This document shows, piece by piece, positions 1 to 21,239 of a DNA stretch of 64,000 bases. Numbering within the stretch: the first letter of the stretch is position 1; each line of letters starts with the position of its first letter. The notes beneath the pieces were generated by a model. That model did no database searches. It was not told where the DNA came from and saw nothing but the letters and a program-made list of their open reading frames with translations. A program made the translations under genes and the position numbers. This stretch comes from the human T2T-CHM13v2.0 reference genome, Homo sapiens, in NCBI RefSeq assembly GCF_009914755.1, contig NC_060935.1. One strand, given 5' to 3'.

Positions 1-3267
<3,267 letters not shown>

Positions 3268-3330
3268 TATGATGTTAGCTTTTTATTTTGCTCGTTAGTT
3301 GATGCAGTTTCTTCCTAGCCTTGATGGTCT

Positions 3331-4347
3331 TTACAATTTGGCACGTTTTTGCAGTGGCTGGTACCAATTTTTGCTTTCCATGTTTTGTGCTTCCTTCATG
3401 GGCTCTTTTAGGGCAGGCCTGGTGGTGACAAAGTCTCTCAGCATTTACTTGTCTGTAAAGTGTTTCATTTCTCCTTCACTTATGAAGCTTAGTTTGGCTG
3501 GATATGAGATTCCGGGTTGAAAATTCTTTTCTTTAGGAATGTTGAATATTTGTCCCTGGTCTCTTCTGGCTTGTAGAGTTTGTGCAGAGAGATCAGCTGT
3601 TAGTCTGATGGGCTTCCCTTTGTGGGTAACCCGACCTTTCTCTCCGGCTGCCGTTAACATTTTTTCCTTCATTTCAACTTTGGTGAATCTGACAATTATG
3701 TGTCTTGGGGTTGGTCTTCTCAAGGAGTATCTTTGTGGTGTTCTCTGTATTTCGTGTATCTGAATGTTGGCCTGCCTTGCTAGATTGGGGAAGTTCTCCT
3801 GGATAATATCCTGTAGAGTGTTTTCCAACTTGATTCCATTCTCCCTGTCACTTTCAGGTACACCAATCAGAAGTAAATTTGGTCTTTTCACATAGTCCCA
3901 TATTTCTTGGAGTTTTTGTTTGTTTCTTTTTATTCTTTTTTCTCTAAACCTCTCTTCTCACTTCATTTCATTCATTTCATCTTCCATCACTGATGCCCTT
4001 TCTTCCAGTTGATCGCATCGGCTACTGAAGCTTCTGCATTCATCACGTAGTTCTTGTTTCTTAGTTTTCAGCTCCATCATTTCCTTTAAAGACTTCTCTG
4101 CATTGGTTATTCTAGTTATCTATTCGTCTAATTTTTTTTCAAAGCTTTTAACTTCTTTGCCATTGGTTCAAATTTCCTCCTGTAGCTCAGAGTAGTTTGA
4201 TCATCTGAAGACTTCTTCTCTCAACTCATCAAAGTCATTCTCCATCCAGCTTTGTTCCATTGCTGTTGAGGAGGTACTTTCCTTTGGAGGAGGAGAGGCG
4301 CTCTGATTTTTAGTGTTTCCAGTTTTTCTGCTCTGTTTTTTCCCCAT
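3331..4347 (-). pseudogene. L1 ORF1p remnant (premature stops)
   Basis: ATG at 4347 to TAA at 3331 spans 1017 nt, the canonical length. The 148-aa fragment KRPNL..GVPE..ENFPNL..PRHIIVRF ends early at 3445. Confidence 0.93.
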
Positions 4348-5699
4348 CTTTGTGGTTTTATCTACCTTTGGTCTTTGATGGTAGTGATGTACAGATGGGT
4401 TTTTGGTGTGGATGTTCTTTCTGTTTGTTAGTTTTCCTTCTAACAGTCAGGATCCTCAGCTGCAAGTCTGTTGGAGTTTGCTGGAGGTCCACTCCAGACC
4501 CTGTTTGCCTGGGTATCAGCAGCAGAGGCTGCAGAACAGCGGACATTGGTGAACCGCAAATGCTGTGGCCTGATCGTTCCTCTGGAAGTTTTGTCTCAGA
4601 GGAGTACCCGGCCATGTGAGGTGTGAGTCTGTCCCTACTGGGAGGTGCCTCCCAGTTAGGCTACTCAGGGGTCAGGGACCCACTTGAGGAGGCAGTCTGC
4701 CCATTCTCAGATCTCAAGCTGCGTGCTGGGAGAATCACTGCTCTCTTCAAAGCTGAGATGGAAATGCAGAAATCACCCATCTTCTGCATCACTCACGCTG
4801 GGAGCTGTAGATCGGAGCTGTTCCTATTCGGCTATCTTGGCTCCTCCCAGTTCTGCTATTGTTATAGCATCTGAGTCTTTATCATATTACTAGTTTTGGT
4901 TGACTTAGTGGAGTATGTCACTATTCTTCCCATCATTATGTGTCATTCATCTCTTATATCCAAATGGCCACTGAAAATCCGGGGAGAAAGACTTTGTATT
5001 CCTTTTTTAAAAAGAATCAAAACCTATGTGCCTGAAAGACCTATAGCGCCCACTTTAATCTTCCCTTAGAATCCTAATGAGGCTTCCACAATAGGATTCT
5101 CTATTACTGGATTTCTTGGTCATCCATTGTTCAGAGGCTTGTCTGCCTGACCAAATGGTGAGGTTACACCACAGGTGTCAGGAAATATTCAGACATTGTT
5201 CTGAGAGTGACAACCAAATGCTCCAAGAACTAAAGTTTATGCTTCCCATAAATATGGTCATTCAGAGGACTTAATTTTACTTTCTTGTACCAAATTTCTA
5301 CTATTCAGAGGGAGAATTTCAGCAGATTTCCATATGAATCATACTCTTTAGTTTGAGAATCTCCATTAGGAAATTAAATATCTTGTTTTTCTTCATCAGG
5401 AAAAGAATAATTGCATTCATACCAGTGATTAGCAGGAATGAAAAATTCTGTCAGAGGTTCTATTTGTTCAAAATTTATACTTATAAATATGATACATTTC
5501 TCAGAGCCACCCCCTTCAACATTTCTACATATGATATTTCCATTTTATTAAGAAACTTTGCCATGCCATGCTATTTTTTTTAACTGGCCCTCTACCATCA
5601 CCATGACATCGAGGACACTTATAATGAATTAATTTCTGTCTCTGTGAAAGTTCAACCACTTTTCAGTAGTTGTCATTCAAATTGCCCTCCTCTGGCCAC

Positions 5700-6400
5700 T
5701 GTATTAGGGATATTGAATCCAAAATGCCAGTTTTCATCCTAGGGTGGCAGAATTAGGCTTCTGTGGGAGCTTCCAGTGTGCATAACTTCCCATAGCAGAT
5801 ACTTCTGAAAACAACTGGCCATTAAGGTTATTGGGTTTCAATGACATTGTGTGAGTAACTTCCCATTATAAATCTCCTAGAACTATTGTTACTTCTTTTG
5901 TGTTACCAGGATGTGAAAGAGATGTTATATTTGGTAAGGTTTCTACAATGTCTCTGTTGGTCATGGACCAAGTTGTTCCAAGGAACTTGCCTTATTACTC
6001 CAAACTCTGTATTTTGGCTAGAATGATCAGTCACACTAGACACTGATATTTATTTTCACTCCCATATTCTTCCAAGCTTCTTCTGAGGAGTCAACTATTA
6101 TGTTGTTATCAATGAATTAATCAAATCAGAATGAATTTATTTACTTTTATTATATTAGTGTGTAAATTTTATTTCACCAAATTATGTCAGTGTGCTAAAT
6201 ATATATCCTTGGGGAAAAATGATGAACACATTTTACCTTTTTTTCTACATAAAACTGAACTATTCATCATATTCCTTTGATTGTAAAAGTTCATCTGGAA
6301 GCATAAAGATAAGGAAATTGCAATTAAATATGGAAAGAATGATGAGCTATTCTGGATAAGACAGATTATAAGGTTATGACAATTAAAACAGTGTTGTACT
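5700..6400 (-). mobile_element. Highly decayed class III (ERVL-like) pol/RT relic
   Basis: Manual minus-strand translation gives collinear RT motifs: VFIIFPQGY (about 6230-6203), FIDNNII as a YIDD equivalent (about 6116-6096) and KIQSLE**GKFLGTTW (about 6015-5968). These match ERVL LPQGY...YIDD...KIQG..VKFLG..W. Boundaries are uncertain. Confidence 0.55.
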
Positions 6401-7439
6401 ATTTCAAATATATACATTTGATAAATAAATTATAGGACTTGTACATTACTTCAGTTTCCTATACATATTTAAATTGAGGATGTTTCATTTATGACGTTTT
6501 TGTTACAAATAACAGAATACTCAATTCAATCTATTTTGAAATAGAAGAATATTTATTTCTTGGCTAACATAAGTGTAAAATTCAATGTTATGTCCAGCTT
6601 CATGGTAAGTGGTTAAAATTGATTAATTATTTAATGAAGGAGCCCTTTTCTTCGTTCATTGTATCCTGTGTGTCCCATGTTGGATTTAATCTCTCTTATC
6701 ACAAGAAGAGTTGCTATCTGTAACCATTGAGAGAAGACTCTTTTCATAAATGTGGCAGAGTTAATTGACCTGGGTATGATGAAGAATGGAGGTGTTATAA
6801 CACAATAGTGGCAGGGAATGATATTTTTATCTTCCAGGTGACTGACATGGGCACATCTTGTCATGCTCTTGTCCAATTGTGATAATAAGTGAGAAAGTAC
6901 AAGAATCCTGTTCTGAATGAGTACAGTGTTCAGGGATGATGCATTTTGTGGGTGAAGGTCTAAGTTACACCTTTAAGTAAGTCATGAGATCAGTAGCGGT
7001 GCTAGTAGAAGGTGAAGTGGGAGAAATAGAATTGACAATGAAGGAATAAGATGTTAAATAGCAGTTGCAACTCTATCATCAGCCACGGTGGCAAGAGACA
7101 TAGTTTGTCCCTTAACCTTTCTCTTCTAATTTCCCCCCAAGAAGAGAATACTAAATAAACTATTCTCATGTGTATATGAAGAAATGGATTCAAGTGACAT
7201 AAGAGGTAGACTGTGATAGATATAAAATGTACTTCCTTACCCTCCCTTTAGGAAAGAAGGATGTATTTTTCCAGTTGCTGAGCATGCTATTCATAGACAA
7301 CCTTCAGATATTAGCCCTTTCAATATCTGTAGAAGTTGCAGAAAGCCACCTCCCCAAAGGCCTCATGTCCTTTCCCTGAGAAGTCCCTTTTTGCATGTAG
7401 ATCTGTATTTAGGTGTCACTTGAGCGCAAGTGGGAAATA

Positions 7440-7620
7440 TAACCTTGTTGTGGAAGGAAATATTTCATTTGATAAACAAATTGCAGAGTCTAAATAATAT
7501 GCACTGGCAAGAATTGGAGGAACCTGTGGAAATGGATCTTGTGGATATTCGAACACAAAAGGCAAAATAGATGCCTGTATTGGGGAATGTTTATTACAAT
7601 TGGGATAATTTCTCAGAATA
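7440..7620 (+). mobile_element. Possible ERVL/MaLR internal (gag-like) relic
   Basis: ctggcaagaattggaggaacctgtggaaatggatcttg resembles the ERVL gag YRQ..GE..WEWIL segment. Very degraded. Confidence 0.35.
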
Positions 7621-8867
7621 TATGTAGTATGGGCATATGATGACTATAACTTACTGAGCACACACTGTGTGTCAAACATATGGGAGTGAGCATTTCATGT
7701 TCTCAGGTTAGGATTGTCCAACTGGCACCATGACTCACCCTTTAGGAGGACTTTCCAATGTCTCATTTTTTCAGCTTCTAGATGATGAGAAATGAGGTTA
7801 TACCACAAATTCTGCCATATTTCAACAAGCTAGGCTCTTCACCAAACACAGAGGAGAGAGAATAATCTTAGTTTGTTTCCAGTCTTTTGGGGAATGTATT
7901 CAGTCTTCAACCATTAACTATGATGTAAGATGTAGTTTTTTAATAAGTTTCTTTTGCTAAATTGAGAACATTCTCTGTAGTCCTATTTTTCTGAAAGTTT
8001 TATTGTAAGTGGCGCTTTCCATGGCTGAGAGTAATAAAGGTGGAGACACATGTTCATGAGGAAAAAAAAGCTTATGGTGGTGAGTGATTTGTTTTAGTTT
8101 ATTTACTAGAAATGATTCTTCTGGATAAAGAATGAATGAGATATCATGGCAATGGATAATGGATTCTACTCTGTGAACAATAAATAGGGCAAGTGCTAGG
8201 ACAAATATATAACCAGAATATTTGATGACAAAATGCTGTCTTCTCCAGACTTAGGGGTTGCAATGAAGTAAGCTGTTACAGGGTTGTGGCTGTCTTCCCT
8301 AGCTATTTGTGCCATGTTAAGGTGTCAATGATGGACATTGCTGATGGCATTTTGGACCTTGAGGCTTTGTAGAGTATTCATCTCTGCAACAGTGACTACA
8401 AATACAACTGGGAAAAAGGCCGACTGACATCCAAAGTGCAGTTCATGTTTATGAGATTCCTGAAAGCTTCTTCTGCAGTAGATTCTTTTTGTTGGGCATT
8501 TATGTCAGAAACTAACATTGTAGTATTTGATCTTCATTTTGAGAGAGTCACCCACATATGGTTCTTCCAACTACTTTGTCATCATTTTTCAATTTTAAAA
8601 TTTCCACTTTCCTCATTAGCTTATCAAACCTGTTAGCCAGTGTCCATTTTCAGCATAGATCCGTAAGTATGGTTATTACACGTTCCACATACAGTGGAAA
8701 AACCAGACTGACTGCTCAAAATACTGCCCTCTGGGAGGCTTTTCCTTCACTCCAGTGCTTCCAGACCACCTTCCAGGGACAGTGCAGCATTTGCAGAGTT
8801 TTGTCTGTTTTTGCCATTCCAGGCAGATTGGTTACTCCTTTTGTTGTTGTCATCTTTAAAATATAGT

Positions 8868-9554
8868 TTGTTTTTTATTTTCTCTAGCTTTATTGAGGTA
8901 TATTTGACAAAAATGTATTATATATATTTAAGATGTACAATGTGATATTTTGGTAAATGTATATATTGAGAAATGATTACCACAATCAACATGTTCATCA
9001 CCTCACATAATTACCTTTTGTGTGTGGTGAGAATATTTAAGATTTATTTTCTCAGCAAACTTCAAGTATACACTATGGTATTACGAAGTATAGTCTGTAT
9101 GCTGTAACTTAGCTCTCCAGAAGTTATTCATTCTGCATAACTGAAATTTTGTACTCTTTGACCAACATCTCCTCATCTCTCCCTCCCCACAGTCCCTGGC
9201 AATCACCATTCTACTTTCTGACCTTATGAGTTTGACTTTTTTTTAGATTCCTCATGTAACTGAGATCACGTGGTCTTTACCTTCAGTGTGGAGAAAAGGG
9301 AACCTTTTTACATGGTTGGTGGAATGTAAATTGATACAGCCATTATAGAAGACACTATGGAGGATAATACTACCATATGATCCGGCAATCCCACTACTCG
9401 GTATGTATCCAAAGAAAATGAAATTAGTATCTTGAAGACATACCTGGGCTCCCATATGTACTGCAGCATTATTCATAATCACCAAGATATGGAAACAACT
9501 TAGATGTCCATCGACAGATGAATGGATAAAGGCAATGTGATATCTATATGTCTG

Positions 9555-9588
<34 letters not shown>

Positions 9589-9846
9589 ATCTATCTATCT
9601 ATCTATCTATCTATCTCTATCATCTATCTATCATCAATCATCTATCTAATGTACACATGCACACTTATACTAACATTCTGCTATTTTTGACAATATGAAT
9701 GAACCTGGAAGGCTTAATAACCTCTTTGTTTTATTTTGTTTTTAATTGACAAACAGTAATTGTGTGTATTTGTGGAGTGCAGATGATGTTTTTATATCAT
9801 ATGTGATAGCATAGATGTACCTAGAGGACATTATGCTAAGTGAAAT
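8868..9846 (-). mobile_element. Old L1MA/L1MB-type 3' end with 5' inversion
   Basis: Minus-strand 3'UTR at 8868-9284. The plus-strand ORF2-end segment runs from 9285 (gtgtggagaaaagggaacc) to ggacattatgctaagtgaaat at 9846, interrupted by a microsatellite and a short insert. Confidence 0.7.
9541..9648. repeat. (TATC)n / (TCTA)n microsatellite
   Basis: Imperfect tetranucleotide run visible directly. Confidence 0.95.
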
Positions 9847-9895
9847 GATTTCTTGAATAGATATTTAGTGGACTAATTTTCAGTCTTTATTATTT

Positions 9896-11700
<1,805 letters not shown>

Positions 11701-11943
11701 GGCTCTTACCATTGTGTTATGTTTCTTAAATAGGAGAAATTTGCTCATTTAAAAGGATAAAATTAATTATGTATTGAATATAAATCCCCACTTTTTTCTT
11801 GGTTTTGTATTTATTAATGTTACATATGATTAATATTCATGTTATTTATTGCTATATTTCTTCTTTCAATTAGTCTTCCATCTTTCCTGCATTTACTTTT
11901 TTCCATTTCAGAGGTTTTTCCTTCTTCCTAGAGATCATTCTTC

Positions 11944-14816
<2,873 letters not shown>

Positions 14817-14979
14817 AAACTGTGTGAAATACAATATTATAGAGGTTTTTGTTATTATGGAATTTTATCTTTAGAAAATATCATGTTTTAGGCAACTCTG
14901 TTAAATCACTGTTTTTTTTCTATTAAAATATTAAATTAGTAGTTTTCATTGAAAGCCTAGTGATGCTTTTAGTTTTTAA

Positions 14980-15285
<306 letters not shown>

Positions 15286-15399
15286 TAATATTTTTAGTTA
15301 CTTAAACTGTAGAGGTAGTTCACATACCCTATTTTTTATAAGTAAACGTTTAAATTGTCAAAAGGATAATCCTGTTGAAATCTAGTTTTATGATGTAAG

Positions 15400-16020
15400 A
15401 GGGAAAAGGCACTAAATATTGCAGCAAGTAAGGTGTAAAAAAACCAGAATTGGCTATAGACTACATTATTCCCTTGTGTTCTTCAGCAGGTGTGTCTCTA
15501 TCAGTCTATTGCTTCAACAATGCCAGAACTCTGAAATCATCTGGAAGTGGTAATATGATGGTTCATATGGAGTGTTCGTCACAGCTGGCTTCTGGAGACA
15601 GCTCAAACTCTCTCTGCACACGTCCTCTTCCACTGCCAGATCTATGTAAATGGAATCATCCTATCTACATTTGAGGTTCAGTAATTCTGCAGTTTTCCTC
15701 AGCAGCGCATAATTGAAAGTTTGGGTTTGTATCTCTACTTGTCCCACTGTTATCTGTAATTTAAGTTTGTCCTTAACCATCAGATCTAGAGACTCTGAGA
15801 AACAATGTGTTTTTTTTTTCTTTTGAAGTATCTTTTTTTTTTTTTTAATACTAGGATGTTCTGTGTTTGTTAAGGCTACCTCCGAAAGCCTCCTGGGTCA
15901 CCCCAGAGACCTATAGGACGTTGCACTTTCTGTATTTTGTCACTAAAAGGAATCTTTCTGAAGAACATTTTAAAAGAATACAGCCTCACTTAACTATCCC
16001 ATTAATCTTATCGCTTGTGA
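15400..16020 (+). promoter_or_regulatory. Conserved upstream block of OR unit 1 (putative promoter / 5'UTR exon region)
   Basis: Strongly conserved in all four units (about 24930-25460, 45120-45730, 63190-63860). It contains O/E(EBF)-like CCCCAG(A/G/T)GA and TAAT-core motifs. Function is inferred only. Confidence 0.4.
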
Positions 16021-16361
16021 AAACTCATTTATTAATTACAGTTTCCTTGTTTTTCATTTTAGCCTTCTTTTCATTTCCTGAGCTCTTTCTTATGGTGGGT
16101 CCAACTTTTTCACTGTAATTCTGCTTGCTTATCATCAAAGTACATTTGGCCACTGGTAAAATTACTATTCATATAATTAAATCATTAATTTATAAGGCAT
16201 ACAATTTTATTGTGTGCCTCCAAAACGTTTTCCTGAATTACAGGTATCTTATCCCTTTTTTTCCTGGAGTATGTCTGTAAATCTTTTCAAGTTGACAAAG
16301 ATCTGCATGATTTGTTCTGATCCTATATTAACAATGTAGCATTCAAGAACACTAATTATAG

Positions 16362-16540
16362 CTATCATTTATTGAGGACTTACCAGGTGCCAGCCAGTGT
16401 TCCAGGCATTTTACTTTGTTTTAATAAAACAACAACTCTAAGAGGTAAGGACTATTGGGATCTCCATTCTAAAAATGATGAAAGTAAAGGGCAGAGAGTG
16501 TTAGTAAATGACCCAAAGTCTCATAAAAAACGGTGAACCT
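16362..16540. mobile_element. MIR relic (paralogues at about 25830-26030 and 46080-46310)
   Basis: tttattgag..cttac..gtgccag....gttct/ccaggcac...aacaac.ct..gaggta...att..c.ccattt...atga.gaaact.agg core pattern. Confidence 0.65.
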
Positions 16541-16999
16541 GAGTGAGATAGTTCAGAAGATGTTATTCATGGTGCTACCCAGATCATATTATAAAGATAC
16601 CACAAGTACAAACACAAAGGACTAAATCTATGTCAATTTATTTATTTAGAGTTGCTTACCACCACCAGAGAGTGTTTCTTGAGACTAAGAACCTGTTGCC
16701 TATTTATCGTAGCTGATTTCTGTGCCCAGAAAAATATTTTTAATAAGAAGTTATTAAATGTATGAATGGCTGTTGGGACTTTAATTCTTCTTCTGTATAG
16801 AATATTCACTAAACTTAGTGGTAGAAATCTTAACCTCTGTCTGAATCTAAAATGTTTGAGGAGAAGTAGAATTGTCAAGGAAAAAGGGGCTCTTTGATGA
16901 GGAACTCAAATTTGAGTTCCTAAATATTTGTTGTGTGTAAATCTCTATTCAGGATACAACAACGAAGACATGCTCTGTGACACAATTGATGTAATCATA

Positions 17000-17023
17000 T
17001 TCCTGTTCACTATTTCATTACAG
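17000..17023 (+). promoter_or_regulatory. Putative 3' splice acceptor of the OR coding exon (also ends at 27335 and 47637)
   Basis: ttcctg(t/g)tcactatttcattacag|gt is conserved exactly 51 nt upstream of the start-codon position in all three OR copies. Confidence 0.7.
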
Positions 17024-17074
17024 GTCCTGTTCTCCTGAGCTCTCACCTCTGATACAAGCCTGAAAAAAGAGTAA

Positions 17075-17993
17075 ATGAGACAAAATAACAGTATTACAGA
17101 ATTTGTCTTCCTGGGCTTCTCTCAGGATCCTGATGTGCAAAATGCATTATTTGTCATGTTTTTACTCACATACATTGTGTCAGTGGTGGGGAACCTACTC
17201 ATTGTCATGACTATTATTGCCAGCCCTTCCTTGGGCTCCCCAGTGTACTTCTTCCTCACCTGCCTGTCATTTATAGAGGCTGTGTATTCCACCACCATTT
17301 CTCCTGTATTGATTGTCGACTTCCTCTGTGATAAAAAGACTATTTCCTTCCGAGCTTGCATGGGCCAGCTGTTTATAGACCACTTGTTTGGTGGTGCAGA
17401 TCTTTCTTCTGGTGATGATGGCCTGGGATCGCTACATGGCCATCTGTAAGCCACTGCACTATTTGACCATCATGAATCAACAGGTTTGCATCCTTCTGTT
17501 TGTGTTGGCCATGACTGGAGGTTTTGTGCATTCTGTGTTTCAAATTGTTGTTGTATACTGTCTCCCTTTCTGTGGCCCGAATGCCATTGACCATTTTTAC
17601 TGTGATATGTACCCATTATTGGAACTGGCATGCACTGACACCTACTTTATAGGTCTCACTGTGGTTTTCAATGGTGGAGCAATCTGTATGGTCACCTTCA
17701 CCCTTCTACTAATCTCATATAGGGTCATCCTAAACTCCCTTAAAACTTACAGTCAGGAAAGGAGGCATAAAGCCCTGTCTACCTGCAGATCCCACATTAC
17801 CGTGGTTGTCCTGTTTTTTGTTCCCTGTATTTTCATGTATGTTAGACCTGTTTCAAACTTTTCTATTGATAAATTCCTCACTGTGTTTTATGCAGTTATC
17901 ACACCCATGTTGAATCCTTTTATATACGCGTTGAGAAATTCAGAGATGAGGACTGCTATAGAAAAACTCTTTGGTACAATGAGCTATAATTAG
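17075..17993 (+). pseudogene. Olfactory receptor family 4 subfamily A pseudogene (OR4A8-like), single 2-bp frameshift
   Basis: MRQNNSITEFVFLG..GNLLIV..SPVYFF, then a frameshift at about 17400 (GCA GAG ATC to GCA GA TC), then [40 protein letters not shown]. Restoring 2 nt gives a 306-aa ORF. Confidence 0.95.
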
Positions 17994-18384
17994 GATAAGA
18001 GTTTTCCTCCTCATATACGTAAGGATGTATGTAGACAAGGTCTTCTCAGTGAAATTTCAGACTTCTAAGGGTAATTCAAGGATCCCAATGTGGGAAGACA
18101 GGATTTAGATGCTCCGAACTCAGTTAATAAATCATCCCATCATGACATCTGTTTGAAGCTCAAGATCTCAACCTCTGCATTCAGACTGAGAGTAGATGTG
18201 GCTCCTTAGGTGCAGGTCCTGTTTTGCAAATTTTAAATTTTGGATTTTCCCTATTACACATCTGTTGAGACAGAGTATTTCTTCCATATGCCTAGCATAG
18301 AATGGAGAAAGGGAAGAATAGGTAATTAAAATAGATGCTCCCATTCAAAAGGGAAGGCTATCCTGCTTCCTTCAGTGTAATTTA

Positions 18385-19598
<1,214 letters not shown>

Positions 19599-21113
19599 AA
19601 AGACTTTGTGGAATATACAAGCACCATATTCACAGATATATTTGAAACTGGCCCTTCTCAGACTTGAGCTGAAACTTTATGAGCAGTCAGAAAATACTTT
19701 TAAGAATCTTAGAATTATGTTTGTCTAGTTTTAAGTACTTATGAGGCACATCATTAAATTTTTCTTAAGTGTTTTTATAGAGTCTTAACATCCCCAAGTT
19801 TGAAATGACTTATTTTGATGACCTTTCTTCCTTTTAGAGTTCTTAGATTTTTGCAGAGATTTGAAAGGGAGGTCATTTTTATCTTTGAAACCAGCGCGTT
19901 CTGGTTCTTTTATGTTTTTTGTAAATTCTGTCTGAATATGTAACAGTTAATCTTATCAGTTTTTTTTAAATCTATGACTTATTATAAGATATAATGCTAT
20001 AAGAAACAGCTGTAACTTTCAATATTCTATTTGGAAATTTTAGCCAAATCCACCTATTCCCTTAAGTACTTTTTTATTGTTTTCATTACTATAGGTGACA
20101 GAATTACTAAATTTTTTTCACCCCTAGATAGCACCTCACTTTTTTCACAACCTCCAGAACAGTTACGTCTGTATTTTCAGCCTTTACTTACAATATCCTG
20201 GAGGCCCCTATTTTTGGGTACTAAAGCCAGTTTCATACACTTTAAATTGTTGTTATGGAAGCACCACACCTTGAGGTGCCATTTTTTATTCTTGTCCTGT
20301 CTTCATGTATGGTGCAGAGCTCCACAGTTAACAACCATCATTTTATTTTATCTCAAAATTTTGTGAGTCAGAATTCAGGAAGTTGTTGGCTGGGTATTTC
20401 TTCTGTTTGTGTGGCAAGGACTGAAGTCACTGTTTTATTCAGCTGATAACTGAGTTTTACATAAACTCAGGATAACTTAATTCACATTTGTATCATATTG
20501 GGAGGGATGACAGTAAGAAATGCACTCAGTCTCTCTTCCTATCCATTTAGATGAAGGACCACAAGATAACTCCAGATAATAGTCAAGCTTTTTATATGGT
20601 ACTCGGAGATCCAAGTGGTAGAAAGTAGATGGGTACAGCCAGTTAAGCGCTATGTCCAGAGTAGCACCATGTCACTCGCGTCATAATCTATTTGTCATAG
20701 TGTTCACATGACCACCCAAATTTGAGGTTTTACAGAAATAGAAGATATCCCTTGATGGAGAAGTAGCAGGGTCACTTTGTGGAGCAGCATGCAGAACAAT
20801 TGTCTAAATCTCAAAAAGAGCATATTGGAGTTTTATTCATTTTAAGTTGGATCCATAAATTATCTTGTACTAACAACTTCTTAACAATATTGGATTTTCT
20901 AGTTCCTGAATACAGTATATCTGTTAGGTATTTTAAATGTTTATTTTTGAAGAGTTTCATAGTTTTTATTCGTGTAATGATCTCTCTTATCTATTCTTAA
21001 GTATTTACATTTTCAGATTTCATCACAAATTTTCAATTTTTAAAAAATTCCCATTGTCATTGTTGCTAGTGTATATAAAGTAAATTGAATTTTTTATTTG
21101 GCATCTGAGTGCT

Positions 21114-21239
21114 ATAAACCTGATAAATTTACTTCTTAATCCTACAAAGTTATTCTTTAGGGTTTTCTGAAACACCATAAACCTGCTAAATTTACTTCTT
21201 AATCCTACAAAGTTATTCTTTAGGGTTTTCTGACACACT
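21114..21239. repeat. 63-bp tandem duplication (2 copies)
   Basis: ataaacctg(a/c)taaatttacttcttaatcctacaaagttattctttagggttttctga(a/c)acac starts at 21114 and 21177. Single copy in unit 2. Confidence 0.95.

Noticed and set aside
15428-15489. Conserved GTAAGG...TTCTTCAGCAG resembling a micro-intron in all units
   Set aside because: Only about 62 nt, shorter than typical human introns, and the acceptor is altered in unit 2. Conservation may just reflect duplication.
17236-17252. Loss of the conserved Met in the PMY motif (PVY, PIY, PVY) in all three ORs
   Set aside because: All three are pseudogenes, and I recall PVY in a related OR4A member, so it is not evidence of a new function.
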